Assembly (NCBI GenBank): GCA_964016885.1
Contig: OZ024743.1
Coordinates: 278,628,001-278,692,000, forward strand
Direction of reading: 5' to 3'
Length of the DNA stretch: 64,000 nt
DNA from: Eledone cirrhosa
Lineage: Eukaryota
The notes below the pieces were generated by a model. That model was not told where the DNA came from, made no database searches, and was given only the letters and a program-made list of their open reading frames with translations. The position numbers were made by a program, and so were the translations under genes. The first letter of the stretch is position 1, and every line of letters begins with the position of its first letter. Positions 1 to 12,090 of this stretch are shown in pieces.

Positions 1-24
1 TTATCTAAAAAACTGTTTATATTG

Positions 25-90
25 TATTTTGTCTGATGAAGGCATAGCATATTGTTAATATGATATCCCCGAAATATATATAATGAAATA
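25..90 (+). ncRNA. Type I hammerhead ribozyme motif (Penelope pLTR-type)
   Basis: Stem I tattttgt(25-32)/atgaaata(83-90); CTGATGA 33-39; imperfect stem II ggcatagcatatt-gtt-aatatgatatcc; GAAA 71-74; palindromic TA-only stem III; AUA cleavage triplet 80-82. Confidence 0.7.
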
Positions 91-128
91 GATATGGTTT
101 TATAAATATAGTTTTCCATTTATTTAAT

Positions 129-170
<42 letters not shown>

Positions 171-173
<3 letters not shown>

Positions 174-342
174 CAATTCCTGGACCGGGCGATGCGTTAT
201 GTCCTTGAGCAAGACAAATTATTTCACGTTGCTCCTTCTACCTGGAGTTGCGACCGATAGATAGTATTAGCAATTGGAAAAACCAACGGAAACATTGTTT
301 CCTCGGTCCGATTTGACGAAAGTCGATCGATTAAAAAACAAA
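171..342 (+). mobile_element. 5'-truncated tRNA-derived SINE (family 2)
   Basis: B-box remnant ttcaattcc, then tgtccttgagcaagac...tttcacgttgctcc; related sequence on the minus strand at ~29.5-29.8 kb and ~51.75-51.92 kb. Confidence 0.55.
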
Positions 343-343
343 A

Positions 344-385
<42 letters not shown>

Positions 386-423
386 CATACATAAATATGT
401 ATGTATATATGTATATATATACA

Positions 424-470
<47 letters not shown>

Positions 471-498
471 GTGTGTGTGTGTCCAGCCCGTTCACCCG

Positions 499-566
499 TT
501 CATCTGATGAATGGGCTGGACGTTTCTGTAAGGATCGTCTAGTTTGTCGAAACCTTTGGTAACGGA
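499..566 (+). ncRNA. Type I hammerhead ribozyme motif with long stem II
   Basis: CTGATGA 504-510; ~16-bp G.U-rich stem II 511-547; GAAA 549-552; stem III CC-ttt-GG; GUA triplet 559-561. The 5' side of stem I is disturbed by an inverted duplication (481-503). Same family as 16582-16768. Confidence 0.65.
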
Positions 567-649
567 ATAATTATACTGTGTTATTTATTATGTAATTAAC
601 TATACATAGAGCATTCTTCGTTCCTTTACCTTTTCTACGGAAATACTTA

Positions 650-697
<48 letters not shown>

Positions 698-699
<2 letters not shown>

Positions 700-862
700 C
701 ACTGGTTTAACCGCTTTACTTCACTCCGAAGAAGAGATATTATCTCGAAAATTAAGGATATTTAAATAAATCTAAGGTGAAAGACTAATTGTCAACAATA
801 TCTTTCGCACTTTTAATCTATGTCCATACCTGCATTGTTTTGGCTTTATAAATTCAAACGTA
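698..862 (+). mobile_element. (TA)n-flanked pLTR-like fragment with degenerate HHR
   Basis: CCGAAGA(726-732)-agagat-att-atctc-GAAA(747-750); 741-862 is homologous to 10507-10630. Confidence 0.45.
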
Positions 863-1394
863 TATATATATATAAAGAGAGAGAGAGGAAGAGAAAGAGA
901 GAGAGAAGGACAGATAAGAGAATAAAAATAAAACTAATTTCTTAGATTATCACATCATTATTTCTGTCGAATCACCGTGTCTTTGTTTTCGCTTGCTCCA
1001 TATTTATGGCAATAACGTCTGTGAATTCTCTTTCACATCTAATGTTCACTCCAGCTCGACCCCATGGGTATAAACCGATGTTTATTTTTCTCACAGAATA
1101 CGAAGGAAACGGTGAAATACATAAGATCAAGCGCGTTAAACTCCTCTGACGCCACGATAAATTATCATCAAAATATGTCACAAATCATGAAAGGAAATGT
1201 ATGTTTATATATAAATATAAACACGCCTATATCAATATTTATTTGTTGATGTAAAACACAGATATCTTGTACATATTAAATTCAATATAGATTCTCGTGA
1301 AATACCCTGTTGATATTACACAGACACACACACACACACACATACACAGACACTCTGACACAGACACTCAGACACACACACACCACATATATAT

Positions 1395-1440
1395 ATATGT
1401 TTATATATATATATATATATATATACATATATATATAAAT

Positions 1441-1472
<32 letters not shown>

Positions 1473-1490
1473 ATAAATATATATATAAAT

Positions 1491-1522
<32 letters not shown>

Positions 1523-1529
1523 ATAAATA

Positions 1530-1570
<41 letters not shown>

Positions 1571-1579
1571 ATATATATA

Positions 1580-1613
<34 letters not shown>

Positions 1614-1661
1614 AAAATATATATATATAAATATATATATATATAAATATATATATATAAA

Positions 1662-1695
<34 letters not shown>

Positions 1696-1771
1696 AATAT
1701 AAATATATATAAATATATATATATATAAATATATATATATAAATATATATATATAAATATATATATATATA

Positions 1772-1823
<52 letters not shown>

Positions 1824-1847
1824 TATATATATAAATATATATATATA

Positions 1848-1919
<72 letters not shown>

Positions 1920-1935
1920 AATATATATATATATT

Positions 1936-1967
<32 letters not shown>

Positions 1968-2006
1968 TATATATATATATTTATATATATATATTTATAT
2001 ATATAT

Positions 2007-2097
<91 letters not shown>

Positions 2098-2160
2098 TAT
2101 ATATATATATATATATATACTGTATATATATATATATGTGTATATATATATATATATATA
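1395..2160. repeat. AT-only (TA)n/ATAA low-complexity tract
   Basis: Directly visible. Confidence 0.95.
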
Positions 2161-2376
2161 TTGTTATACTTGGGGAGGTTCGTATTGTTGTAATATATGC
2201 GTTTCTGTGCAACAGAATGTTTGTGCAATGATTTTCTGGGAGGTATTAAGATAACGTGGAACGCTCTTTTTAGCTTCTCATTGGGTATATTCCATGTTTG
2301 TGGTTGTTTTATTTCCGTGTTGTTATATAACAATGTATTTTAATAGCATTTTGGGATAGCAATACATTGCAAACAT

Positions 2377-2392
2377 AGTAGTAGTAGTAGTG

Positions 2393-2449
<57 letters not shown>

Positions 2450-2626
2450 AAAATAGTAGTAGTAGTAGTAAAAGTAGTAGTAGTAGTAGTAGTAGTAATA
2501 GTAGTAGTAGTAGTAAAAGTAGTAGTAGTAGTAATAGTGGTAGTAGTAGTAAAAATAGTAGTAGTAGTAGTAGTAGTAAAAGTAGTAGTAGTAGTAGTAG
2601 TAATAGTAGTAGTAGTAGCAGTAAAT

Positions 2627-2657
<31 letters not shown>

Positions 2658-2675
2658 CAGAGCAGCAGCAGCAGC
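2377..2675. repeat. (GTA)n microsatellite ending in (GCA)n
   Basis: Directly visible; source of the poly-V and poly-Y ORFs. Confidence 0.95.
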
Positions 2676-2892
2676 TGCGGTAATAGTATGGATATATTAC
2701 ACGCTTTCACAATCTGAGATCAAATCACTTGTCCGACGTTATCTTCATCTCTCCGTCTACCAATTATGGGTATCAAGTAATTTCACAGGACACATACATA
2801 CACACACACACACACATATATATAAATATATATATATACACACATACACACACAAACACACACACACATAAATATATATATATATACATAGA

Positions 2893-2924
<32 letters not shown>

Positions 2925-2937
2925 TTTGTGTGTGTGT

Positions 2938-3042
2938 GTTTATCCCGAGTTCAATCAGGAGTAACCACAGTAAGTAAGGTTCTCAATACATAGTATGATG
3001 ATTTCTCCCGAATGAAACATTTCTAGTCCTGTAGAAGCCACT

Positions 3043-3050
<8 letters not shown>
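2938..3050 (+). mobile_element. Short repeat with degenerate HHR (family also at 3815-3887 and 9878-9935, minus strand)
   Basis: ATGATGA(2995-3001)-tttc-tccc-gaat-GAAA(3014-3017)...GTC(3026-3028)-ctgtagaa; the motif ttctacaggactagaa recurs in three copies. Confidence 0.45.
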
Positions 3051-3080
<30 letters not shown>

Positions 3081-3116
3081 TATATATACTATATATATAA
3101 TATATACTATATATAT

Positions 3117-3300
3117 AATTGTTTCTACTTTAGGCAGAAGGCCAGCAATTCCCCAGTGCATTACTGGTACTTTATTTTATCGACCCCGTAAGGATGAAAG
3201 GCACAGTCAACCTCGGCGGGATTTGAACTCAGATCGTAAAGGGACGTAACTATGCTGGAAAGCATGGCGTCCGACCCTCCACCGATACTGCCAATCCACC
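3117..3300 (-). mobile_element. tRNA-derived SINE (family 1), near full length
   Basis: A-box-like tggcagtatcgg, B-box gagttcaaatcc, body gcctttcatccttacggggtcgataaaataaagtaccag, tail agtagaaacaatt; more than 12 copies in the window. Confidence 0.9.
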
Positions 3301-3517
3301 TTATATATATATACTATATATATAATATATATAATATATATATATATATATATAGGAAAATGTATGACCCCGACGGCAGAGCTCAAGCTGTTTCGACGGG
3401 GGTCATACTTTTTCCTATTTCCCACTCTACTACCGTAAGTATTGAGTACTCTGATGCGTTATGGTCCATCTGGTTCCTTACCACAATTCCTTTGTTTTAT
3501 ATATATATGTATATATA

Positions 3518-3722
3518 TTAGAAAGTGAGGTTTTTTTTCAAAATGAAAAATAACCGAGGTGTCCTACACGAGTGAAAGTATAAAGAAAAAAAGATGAAAT
3601 CGAAAATGCAACTGGAGTCTTATTTAAAAAAATATATATATTTATTTGGTTCCTTTACCGGTTTCGCAGTTCTTCTGCTTTTCAAAAGTAGAGTTGAGAT
3701 GCAGGGTCTGTGGTTTTTCTCA
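3518..3722 (-). mobile_element. Single-arm copy of the 11621-12043 element; variant HHR at 3652-3689
   Basis: Near-identical to 11621-11831; minus strand TTGAAAA-GCAG-aagaa-CTGC-GAAA-CCGG-TA-aagg. Confidence 0.8.
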
Positions 3723-3738
3723 TATCTGTGCTTTTCTT

Positions 3739-3810
<72 letters not shown>

Positions 3811-3888
3811 ATAAAGGGCTTCTACAGGACTAGAACTGTTCCATTCGGGAGAGTGTATTGAGTACCTTACTTGTACCCGGGATAAACT

Positions 3889-3919
<31 letters not shown>

Positions 3920-4663
3920 CAGAACACGCGTCGGGCTATTTCTTTTTTACTCTTTTTGATACTCATCTCACAATTTTCCCTCTAATTTCATATATATGTG
4001 ATCAATTTTAAAGACTAGCCAACAGTGGTGAATTTGGTGGACTCTGAAACCTAACAAAATTGAAATATGTCTGCCGTTATGATCATTAGGCGTTTTAGAT
4101 CTAAATCCACTCCTAACTATATTGTCACTATTTTCCAAGAATCTCTACCCAATGTAGAATATGTATATCTATGCATGGATCTATATAGGTATATATGAAA
4201 AAAAATTTTTTTTTTACCTTTCTATGAGAGGGGAACTCTGAAAAAAACCAAAAAAACCTGCCGCTTCGGAAGCATCCGATGATGTTGACCAGTTCTCCTT
4301 TTCGGGTAGAGTTTTCGATGCTCAGAGAGTGGGATTGGTCGAACGTAAGTCCTCTCCCCACTTTAAAAAACCTTCAAAACACAGCCATTGCTTGTTTAGA
4401 ATCTGTTACAGGTACGTGTGGCTGGCTGTAGGCTACAAGTGCACCGAACTCTGTAATCTGATAAGCGATTGCAATACTTTTAGAGAGTTTGCAGCCATCA
4501 TATATGAAATATATATAAACACACACGTATATGTAATTTTTATTTATTCTCTATAGATCTATATTTCTTACATATGCCTAGGAGAGATACACAGTGATGT
4601 ATAAACCTAGTCTTATTTGTTTTAGTCTTGGGAATGAAGATAAAAAAAGGAAGTAAATATATG

Positions 4664-4700
4664 CCTTGACGTATCGGTCATAAGCCCTTCATCAGGAAAG
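4664..4700 (-). ncRNA. Minimal Penelope-type HHR, mutated (GATA for GAAA)
   Basis: Minus strand CTGATGA-AGG-gcttatga-CC-GATA-C-GTC-aagg; similar to the motif at 25511. Confidence 0.5.
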
Positions 4701-4827
4701 AACAAAGATTGGTGAGAACTTGGGGAAACAGAGAGAAAAAATATATACATATATATATATATATATGTGTGTATATATATATTTGTGTGTTGTGTGTGTA
4801 TTTGCGGCTTAGGTGTTATATATACAT

Positions 4828-4869
<42 letters not shown>

Positions 4870-4884
4870 GGTATATATATATAG

Positions 4885-5393
4885 ATAAATATGTATATGT
4901 ACATACATATATGCATACAGACGTACAGTAGTATGTATATACATACATACATGCACACATATAACGGTAAACCCATACGTACATATATATATATGTGTGC
5001 ATGTATGTATGTATATACATATACGTCTGTATACATATATTTATGTATGTATACATACTTATATTTAAGTATCAGCCGTACTAAGATTGAGAAATGAAAT
5101 ATCATTTTCTCCATTTATCGTTTTCGGTACACCCGGCCGACTAACTCACTCGATATGCAAATTAGGCTGCTCAGCCGTTAATATGCATAAGGAAAGTATA
5201 TACTTTCAAACGTTAAATCGACTGATAGGAAGGTATACTGTGCTGATGACAGCTAATAACCTAGAAACTAGTTCATCGTTCCTTTGACAGTGTTGAACAA
5301 AAGGACAACGATGGTTGCCGAACACTGTACGACTAATAATTCGTTTGACAAACAAACCGAACATTATAATAAATGTTCGGTAAACCCATACGT

Positions 5394-5445
<52 letters not shown>

Positions 5446-5518
5446 ATGTATATACATACTACTGTACGTCTGTATACATATATGTATGTACGTATACATA
5501 CTCATATTTTCCATTTAT
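4885..5518 (+). mobile_element. Retrozyme-like element, diverged copy 1 (HHR 5237-5279)
   Basis: Homologous to the 18391-19742 monomer; actgtg-CTGATGA(5243-5249)...GAAA(5264-5267)-CTAG-TT-catcgt; inverted spacer segment 4885-4962 at the 5' end. Confidence 0.8.
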
Positions 5519-5519
5519 G

Positions 5520-5552
<33 letters not shown>

Positions 5553-5735
5553 CAAATGTATATCTGGTTGTCCATTTCAATTTTGTGACGTATGATGCTC
5601 AAGTGACTTGCATGGTCTTTTTTTTTTATTTATTTACATCTGAAATCTAGAGTGTTGGCTATGAGAGTAAGGGTAAAGAAGAGATAGAGATAAATAACTG
5701 GATAGAGATAGAATGATAGAGAGAGAAAGAAGGTT

Positions 5736-5803
<68 letters not shown>

Positions 5804-6394
5804 GTAATAGACGATCACTGCCGACATGTTGGACTCTGATGTGGAAATATGATAATCTTTATGTTCTGTCTGTCTATATGCGTGTTGCTGTTTGTGTACA
5901 TGTGTATGTGTATATGTGTGTGAATGTGTATGTTCGGTAGTTTTCTTTTTCTTTCACTGTGAGAAAATGTTTTACGACGTAACAAGCATTAACAAAGTGG
6001 CAAGGAAACACATCCACACGAGATTTTAACCGCGTGTCTTTATGTGGCTTTGTCGGAACATAACCGCCATGTTTTCTGTCTGAAAGTTGTCGGATTGCAT
6101 TCTAATATAAAAACAGTCAGAAATCTGTTTTGAAGAAGAGCGTGAAATGTGAGCAGGATAGGCGAGTCGGAAAACAAATAGAAATATCACGAAATAATTG
6201 TCAGAAACCTGATATCGAAATATAAACGAAGCCATTGAAAATCTGCGAGAATTTTTCCTTTTTTATTTGATCATTTGTTTTTGAAGATTTTTATTTTACT
6301 TGATGATTGTTTCATGTATTATTATTGTTTTGGTTTTCCATTAAAATGTTTTATTATTTTTTTGTGCTTCTATTATTGTTTCTTTTATTTTTAG

Positions 6395-6437
6395 ACTGAT
6401 TAACGGCGAGTACACTATAATAAGTTCTTGCGATTAG
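6395..6437 (+). other. Candidate 43-nt host exon
   Basis: Long T-rich tract ending ttttag|, then TTAG|gtgagt donor; no homology support. Confidence 0.25.
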
Positions 6438-7019
6438 GTGAGTCGATTTACTAGTTTTCAGTCTCAGAGGTGTACTAAATTTACTCCCCTCCACACTAAC
6501 GCTGAAAATATCCCTATTAAAATTATAAATATAATGTCAATCCATCCACAAATAAGCCTGCTGTCGTTAGTTTTCCGTTGTGTCAGACGTGAGAGTTCTA
6601 GACTGCTCCATCGATTATTTAGGTCCCTATAGATTTGGTGAATTTGATACTGTCGATGGTCTGCTTGAACTTCTGTGAGTTGATGTCTGTAGGGTAAAAA
6701 CATCATTACAGAAGGAATCCCATCAATGGTGAAGTTTTTTAAAGCAAGGATTGAAAAGAATATCTAGTGCAACTTTTATGAGGCCATACACAGTAGTGAT
6801 TATGGTTTTGTTTTGGTAGAGATGGTATGCTACATAGTTCAGGTGAAAATAAAAACCATTTAAGAGACGGAAGGTGCATAGGTCATGTCTATTTACCGGT
6901 ATTCCAGTCTGTTAATCGTATTTGTAATTATATATGCATGAACATCCTATATGTATCATTCACTTAGGCTTAAAGTAAGCAAGAGACAGACATTATCATT
7001 TCAACTGAGTTGTTGGTCA

Positions 7020-7345
7020 TCGTGTTTAAACAAAGGCGGATAAAATGTTGATAGTTGACAAATTCAGTAGTATTTTGCAGAATGGTTGAGATTTTGAAAA
7101 GGATGTAAAATCCATCATCAGAAAGGCAACAATATGCCGACCAATGTATAAAATCTGTTTCATAATCACACTAGACATCAACATCAAGATAAACATGTAC
7201 AACATCGTACAACCAACGTTCTTATATGCAAGCAAAGTGTGGAAGAAACTGGAAATCATCAAACCGTTGGAGATTCTCGTATCAAGATCATATGAGAAAC
7301 AAAATCTTGAAAGGTGACTCGTGACGAAGAATCCCAAGACATCGT
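7020..7345 (+). mobile_element. RTE-clade LINE fragment (post-RT region)
   Basis: Translates to LDINIKINMYNIVQPTFLYASKVW, resembling the RTE motif K..+Y...V...LLY.sE.W. Confidence 0.6.
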
Positions 7346-7819
7346 AATATTTATATGGGAGGGATAGTTAGTTCTACAAGAAAAGGAACTCAGTACAAAT
7401 GAAGATTACATGTATTTTATTTGGGGTAAGTGAAAGTACAACTACTCACAGTAACGGACTTGTTTCATTTCAAGATAACATTGCTCATTACGAAGGAATG
7501 TTGTTTGAATTTCTTCAATAATATATATATATATATATATATTAGTCTTTCAACGATTATTAACTATGTGCAATTTGTTTGAAAACGTATTTATGTGCAG
7601 TACAATGACCATCAGAAACTGAAGTTAAATCATACAAAGAACAATTGTTTTTGAAATCATTCTCTCCGTCATTACCGATCAAATTAATATTAAATTAGTC
7701 GAGCTAGGATTATAAATCATGAAACTTACCCCTGCCGTATTTAGAGGCCAACGTACACTCAAGTTATCTACATTAATTCTTGCGTAAACATACAATCTCA
7801 GGCTAATATTAATTCATTA

Positions 7820-8148
7820 ATCCAATCCATATATTTGTGCGACTGTGCTGTTTTTCCACTGTCCATTTACAACCTTTCATGTTCTTCTAAACGTTCCTAT
7901 GTCATGTCAACAGTAGTCTTCCAGGTTTCTCCTACCTCCTGCTGGTGTCCATCTTAATGCAGTTCCTGTATTCTGATGAATTGACAACTGCATTACAGAG
8001 CCTGTTAGTCACACTTTTCTTTCTGTTACGATGTCTCCGGATTCTTGTCACGAGTCACCTTTCAAGATTTTGTTTCTCATATGATCTTGATACGAGAATC
8101 TCAAACGGTTTGATGATTTCCAGTTACTTCCACACTATGCTTGCATAT
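7820..8148 (-). mobile_element. RTE-clade LINE 3' fragment, inverted relative to 7020-7345
   Basis: 8039-8148 is the reverse complement of 7224-7334; continues into ALRWTPAGGRR..WKTT. Confidence 0.6.
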
Positions 8149-8683
8149 ATATATATATATATATATATAAACAAAAAGGAAAAAGGAAAAAGGGATTTTT
8201 TCCTGTAGAAAATGTTGAAGAGATATTTTTAGTTAAATGTGAAAGCATTAATTTATTTACAATACCATTTTTAAATCTATTTTTCTCTGCTAATGGGTTA
8301 GTTGTGATTGAAGAGGGTAGAAACAGGAGGGGAGAGGAGAAGGGGAATGAGGGGAAGGAGGTAGGGGAAGGTTGAATAGTGGATACAAAGTTTGGATGGG
8401 ATTGGTTTGAAAGGCTGGGTGACTATAGGTTTGACGGGGGGGGGGTGCTGTTAAATATATCTGTCTTGGTATTTTTACCAATATTTTTTCAAATATCTGT
8501 CTTGGTATTTTATATATATATATAAATTAAAATGACGAATTAGAAATAGGACTATGCATCATCAGTGATCTACTAGCCATCATAGGTATTTCTTCGCATT
8601 AAAGACAAGATAACTCAGGCTAGCGCGAACAATAACTAAAATAAGTTATTGAGATAAAAAGAATTGGGTGGAGAAAGAGAGAC

Positions 8684-8769
<86 letters not shown>

Positions 8770-8779
8770 TGGGGCATAG

Positions 8780-9680
8780 CTGAACTATCTACTCTAGGGA
8801 TGTTTAATATTTTTTTTCTGCATGGAGGAGAGTTCATAGATTCATCCAATTTCACTGGATAACATTTCAACCAATTGGTTACGATGTCCTTTCCTTGAAT
8901 GTAGTTTATAGTATCAATACATATCCTAAGGCATCATATCATTTTCATGCTGTTCACAAGTTTCCCTATATAAATCTGTATTATATCATATGAATGATAT
9001 CAATTGATGGTGATTATTGTGGAGTATTTGCAAGAGCAAATTGGGGTCATAGAACCATTTATTAACAGTAGATTATGGTAGCAAAGAGCAGATGAAAGAC
9101 AAAAATTATTATATTATTGAAGTTTAGTTTACAGCAAGTAATTTCCGTTCGTTCACGAGAGCACTTTTGATGAGGTGTTCATACAATACCTTATCCAGAA
9201 AAAAAAAAAAAAAAAAAAAAATTACTTTGGGATAAAAGCGGGATTCACATAGCCTTCGTTATATTCTTCTCTTGATTGTGATGTGTTTACCTACAGAGAA
9301 GATAACATATCGGAATTGTCTAGTTGATATGAAAGATTTTGTTGAGCAGTTAATCTTGGGATCATCTAACTAATGAAACCAATGCTCATGTAATGAATTG
9401 TTCCAGAATAATATAAAAGGAAGCCACGACATGTTGGAGTTCACGAGTTTATAAAAGCGTTAAAAATGTTATATATTGCATAGATTGCAATATCTGTACT
9501 ATGTCTACAATATATATCATTTCAATGCATCATAAAATTGGACTATTCAAAGTTGTCGTTCTGTACATCAATCTAGACAGTTATAGCGTCTGCTATATAA
9601 AAAAAAACCTGTCTGCAAGCTGAATCAAAGGGTTCTTATCTACTGATGAAGAGATATTATTTTTGAAACAAGTTCAAATA
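8780..9680 (-). mobile_element. Possible highly decayed Penelope-like RT fragment with an oppositely oriented HHR remnant at 9643
   Basis: Weak peptide similarity (ENDMMP..KDIVTNW..SPP..K.LNI); plus strand CTGATGA-agagatattattttt-GAAA 9643-9668. Confidence 0.25.
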
Positions 9681-9965
9681 ATCCCTTAAGTTTTTTTTTC
9701 CTGTATACAGAGAGAAATTGGAAGTGCTTACTCATCAATCGTGAAGTTTCTAACTAAAAAGAAACCTGTAGTTGTGTTTACAGTAAGTTGTTTTAAGCAG
9801 AAAACATACAGACACACATACACACATACACGCAGACACATACACATGCACTCAAATATATATGTGTATAATATAACGTCTTCGACAGGACTTGAACTGC
9901 TTCATTCGTTAGAAATCATTAACACCTTTCGTAACTGCACTCCTTGTTGTTGTTATTTACTTTTT

Positions 9966-10004
<39 letters not shown>

Positions 10005-10044
10005 ATAAGAAACGGAGAATCAGTGGTGCGACGAATTAAAATTT

Positions 10045-10148
10045 ATTAGACATATTACAATCGTTTCTCTGGCGACCAGCTCAAGGCACGATCGATCCGA
10101 TGATCGAACGTAACTCTGAAACTGCAAGGTCCTCAGATACGTCTCAAT
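10045..10148 (-). ncRNA. Intact type I HHR with ~62-nt stem II
   Basis: 8-bp stem I agacgtat/atatgtct; CTGAGGA (10136-10130); long hairpin capped by tcgatc-atcg-gatcga; GAAA (10067-10064); CGATTG; GUA triplet. Confidence 0.8.
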
Positions 10149-10220
10149 CTTTCGAGTGCTCAAACGGCCTACCGCATACGGACGCTTTCAGTATCCCACA
10201 CCAATTATATATATATATAT

Positions 10221-10380
10221 ATTTGAAAAAAAGGAAAAGAATGACTTCACTTGTAGTGTTAAAAAATATTTGATTTAATTTTATAATATTATAATATAAT
10301 ATTATAAAATTATAATATAAAATTAAATCAAACATTTTTTAACACTACAAGTGAAGCCATTCTTTTCCTTTTTTGCAAAT
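10221..10380. repeat. Fold-back inverted repeat (~65-bp arms)
   Basis: aaaaaaggaaaagaatgacttcacttgtagtgttaaaaaat... mirrored at ~10315-10380. Confidence 0.9.
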
Positions 10381-10417
10381 ATACCTAACTGTACCAAGGA
10401 TCTCACACATTTTCCAA

Positions 10418-10449
<32 letters not shown>

Positions 10450-10456
<7 letters not shown>

Positions 10457-10631
10457 GTTTGAAGTTCGAAGGCCAGAACAATGCAGGTTTGGAGATAAAA
10501 TATTATTATCTCGAAATATCAGGATATATGAATAAATTAAGGTAAAAGACTAATTGTCAGCATTATCTTTCACCTTTATATTCTATCTCCAAACCTGCAT
10601 TTTTCTAGCCTTCTAACTTCAAACGTTTATA
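10450..10631 (+). mobile_element. pLTR-like fragment with inverted 5' arm
   Basis: 10450-10503 is the reverse complement of ~10578-10631; the junction falls in HHR stem II just before GAAA-TA-TC. Confidence 0.7.
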
Positions 10632-10667
10632 CCTCACTATACAATGCTTCAAGTACACTACCAATTC

Positions 10668-10785
<118 letters not shown>

Positions 10786-11202
10786 AAACACAATAAGTTT
10801 ATATTTCACCATATATTATTTATTACGCAAAGCTGCTATCCTTATTGCCATGATATGAGTTGAGTAATATTAAACCTACAGATACGATTTCATTAGATAG
10901 CTTTCACCTGTATAAAACTTAGTGAGGTAATTTGGTAATAGATCAACCTGAATGTTTTCGATGTTGATTTTCTACTACACGGTCGATATATAACTGCTAT
11001 TACGTAATAAATAAAATGTGGCTAAATATAACTATATTGATCTCTACGTCACTATTATACCAATACTATGTTATACACAGTCATGAATGATTTTACATCA
11101 TAAAAGAAAATGTATACTGACGTCGAGTGCTTACCTGTTACATCATTATATCTTGATCGATGTTTGCGAATGAAAAGCTAAACATTATTAATAAACACTA
11201 AA

Positions 11203-11390
11203 GGGCGGTGGATTTACAGTATCGGTAGAGGGTCGGACGCCATGCTTTGCAGCAAAGAGTTACGGTTCTTTATGGTCTGAGTTCAATTCCCGCCGAGGTT
11301 AACTTTGCCTTTCATCCTTACGGGGTCGATAAAATAAAGTACCAGTAATACACTGGTATAATTGCTGGCATTGTACCAAAAGTAGAAACA
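11203..11390 (+). mobile_element. SINE family 1, full length, 19-bp target-site duplication
   Basis: attattaataaacactaaa at 11184-11202 and 11391-11409. Confidence 0.92.
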
Positions 11391-11409
11391 ATTATTAATA
11401 AACACTAAA

Positions 11410-11594
11410 TAATTGTTTCTACATTTGGCACAATGCCAGCAATTATCCAGTGTATTACTGGTACTTTATTTTATGGACCCCGTAAGGATGAAAGGTAAAG
11501 TTAACCTCGGCGGGATTTGAACTGAGAATGGCAAGGGCCGTAACTCAATGCGTCAGAGCATCAAAGCATGGCGTCCGACCCTCTACCGATACTG
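11410..11594 (-). mobile_element. SINE family 1, tail-to-tail with the preceding copy
   Basis: Reverse complement of the SINE consensus. Confidence 0.9.
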
Positions 11595-11759
11595 ACTATG
11601 ATATATATATATATATATATATTAGAAAGTGAGGTTTTTTTTACAAAATGAAAAATAACCGAGGTGTCCTACACGAGTGAAAGTATAAAGAAAAAGAGAT
11701 GAAATCGAAAATGCAACTGAAGTCTTATTTTTTTTTAAAATATATATATTTATTTGGTT

Positions 11760-11797
11760 CCTTTACCGGTTTCGCAGTTCTTCTGCTTTTCAAAAGG
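11760..11797 (-). ncRNA. Variant minimal HHR (UUGAAAA core), left arm of palindrome
   Basis: Mirror image of 11867-11904. Confidence 0.55.
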
Positions 11798-11866
11798 TGA
11801 GTTGAGATGGAGGGTCTGTGGTTTTTCTCACAGTGAGAAAAACCACAGACCCTCCATCTCAACTCA

Positions 11867-11904
11867 CCTTTTGAAAAGCAGAAGAACTGCGAAACCGGTA
11901 AAGG
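11867..11904 (+). ncRNA. Variant minimal HHR (UUGAAAA core), right arm of palindrome
   Basis: cctt-TTGAAAA-GCAG-aagaa-CTGC-GAAA-CCGG-TA-aagg: perfect stems I and II, palindromic stem III. Confidence 0.55.
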
Positions 11905-12035
11905 AACCAAATAAATATATATATTTAAAAAAAAAATAAGACTTCAGTTGCATTTTCGATTTCATCTCTTTTTCTCTGTACTTTCACTCGTGTAGGACAC
12001 CTCGGTTATTTTTCATTTTGTAAAAAAAACCTCAC

Positions 12036-12090
<55 letters not shown>

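Larger units (their letters stand above)
11621..12043. repeat. 423-bp near-perfect palindrome flanked by (TA)n
   Basis: 211-bp arms, centre 11832, about 3 mismatches. Confidence 0.97.

Noticed and set aside
3117-3300. tRNA gene calls for SINE heads
   Set aside because: Only A/B boxes, no cloverleaf, and fused to a repeated body and tail
4275-4480. Two long imperfect hairpins, the first preceded by CCGATGA
   Set aside because: GAAA and stem I cannot be assigned convincingly; possibly a decayed pLTR
8545-8575. Minus-strand CTGATGA (also isolated CTGATGA near 7973, 49277 and 54007)
   Set aside because: No stem II, GAAA or stem I partner found
11725-11939. Mirror-image 61-aa ORFs on both strands
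   Set aside because: Trivial consequence of the palindrome
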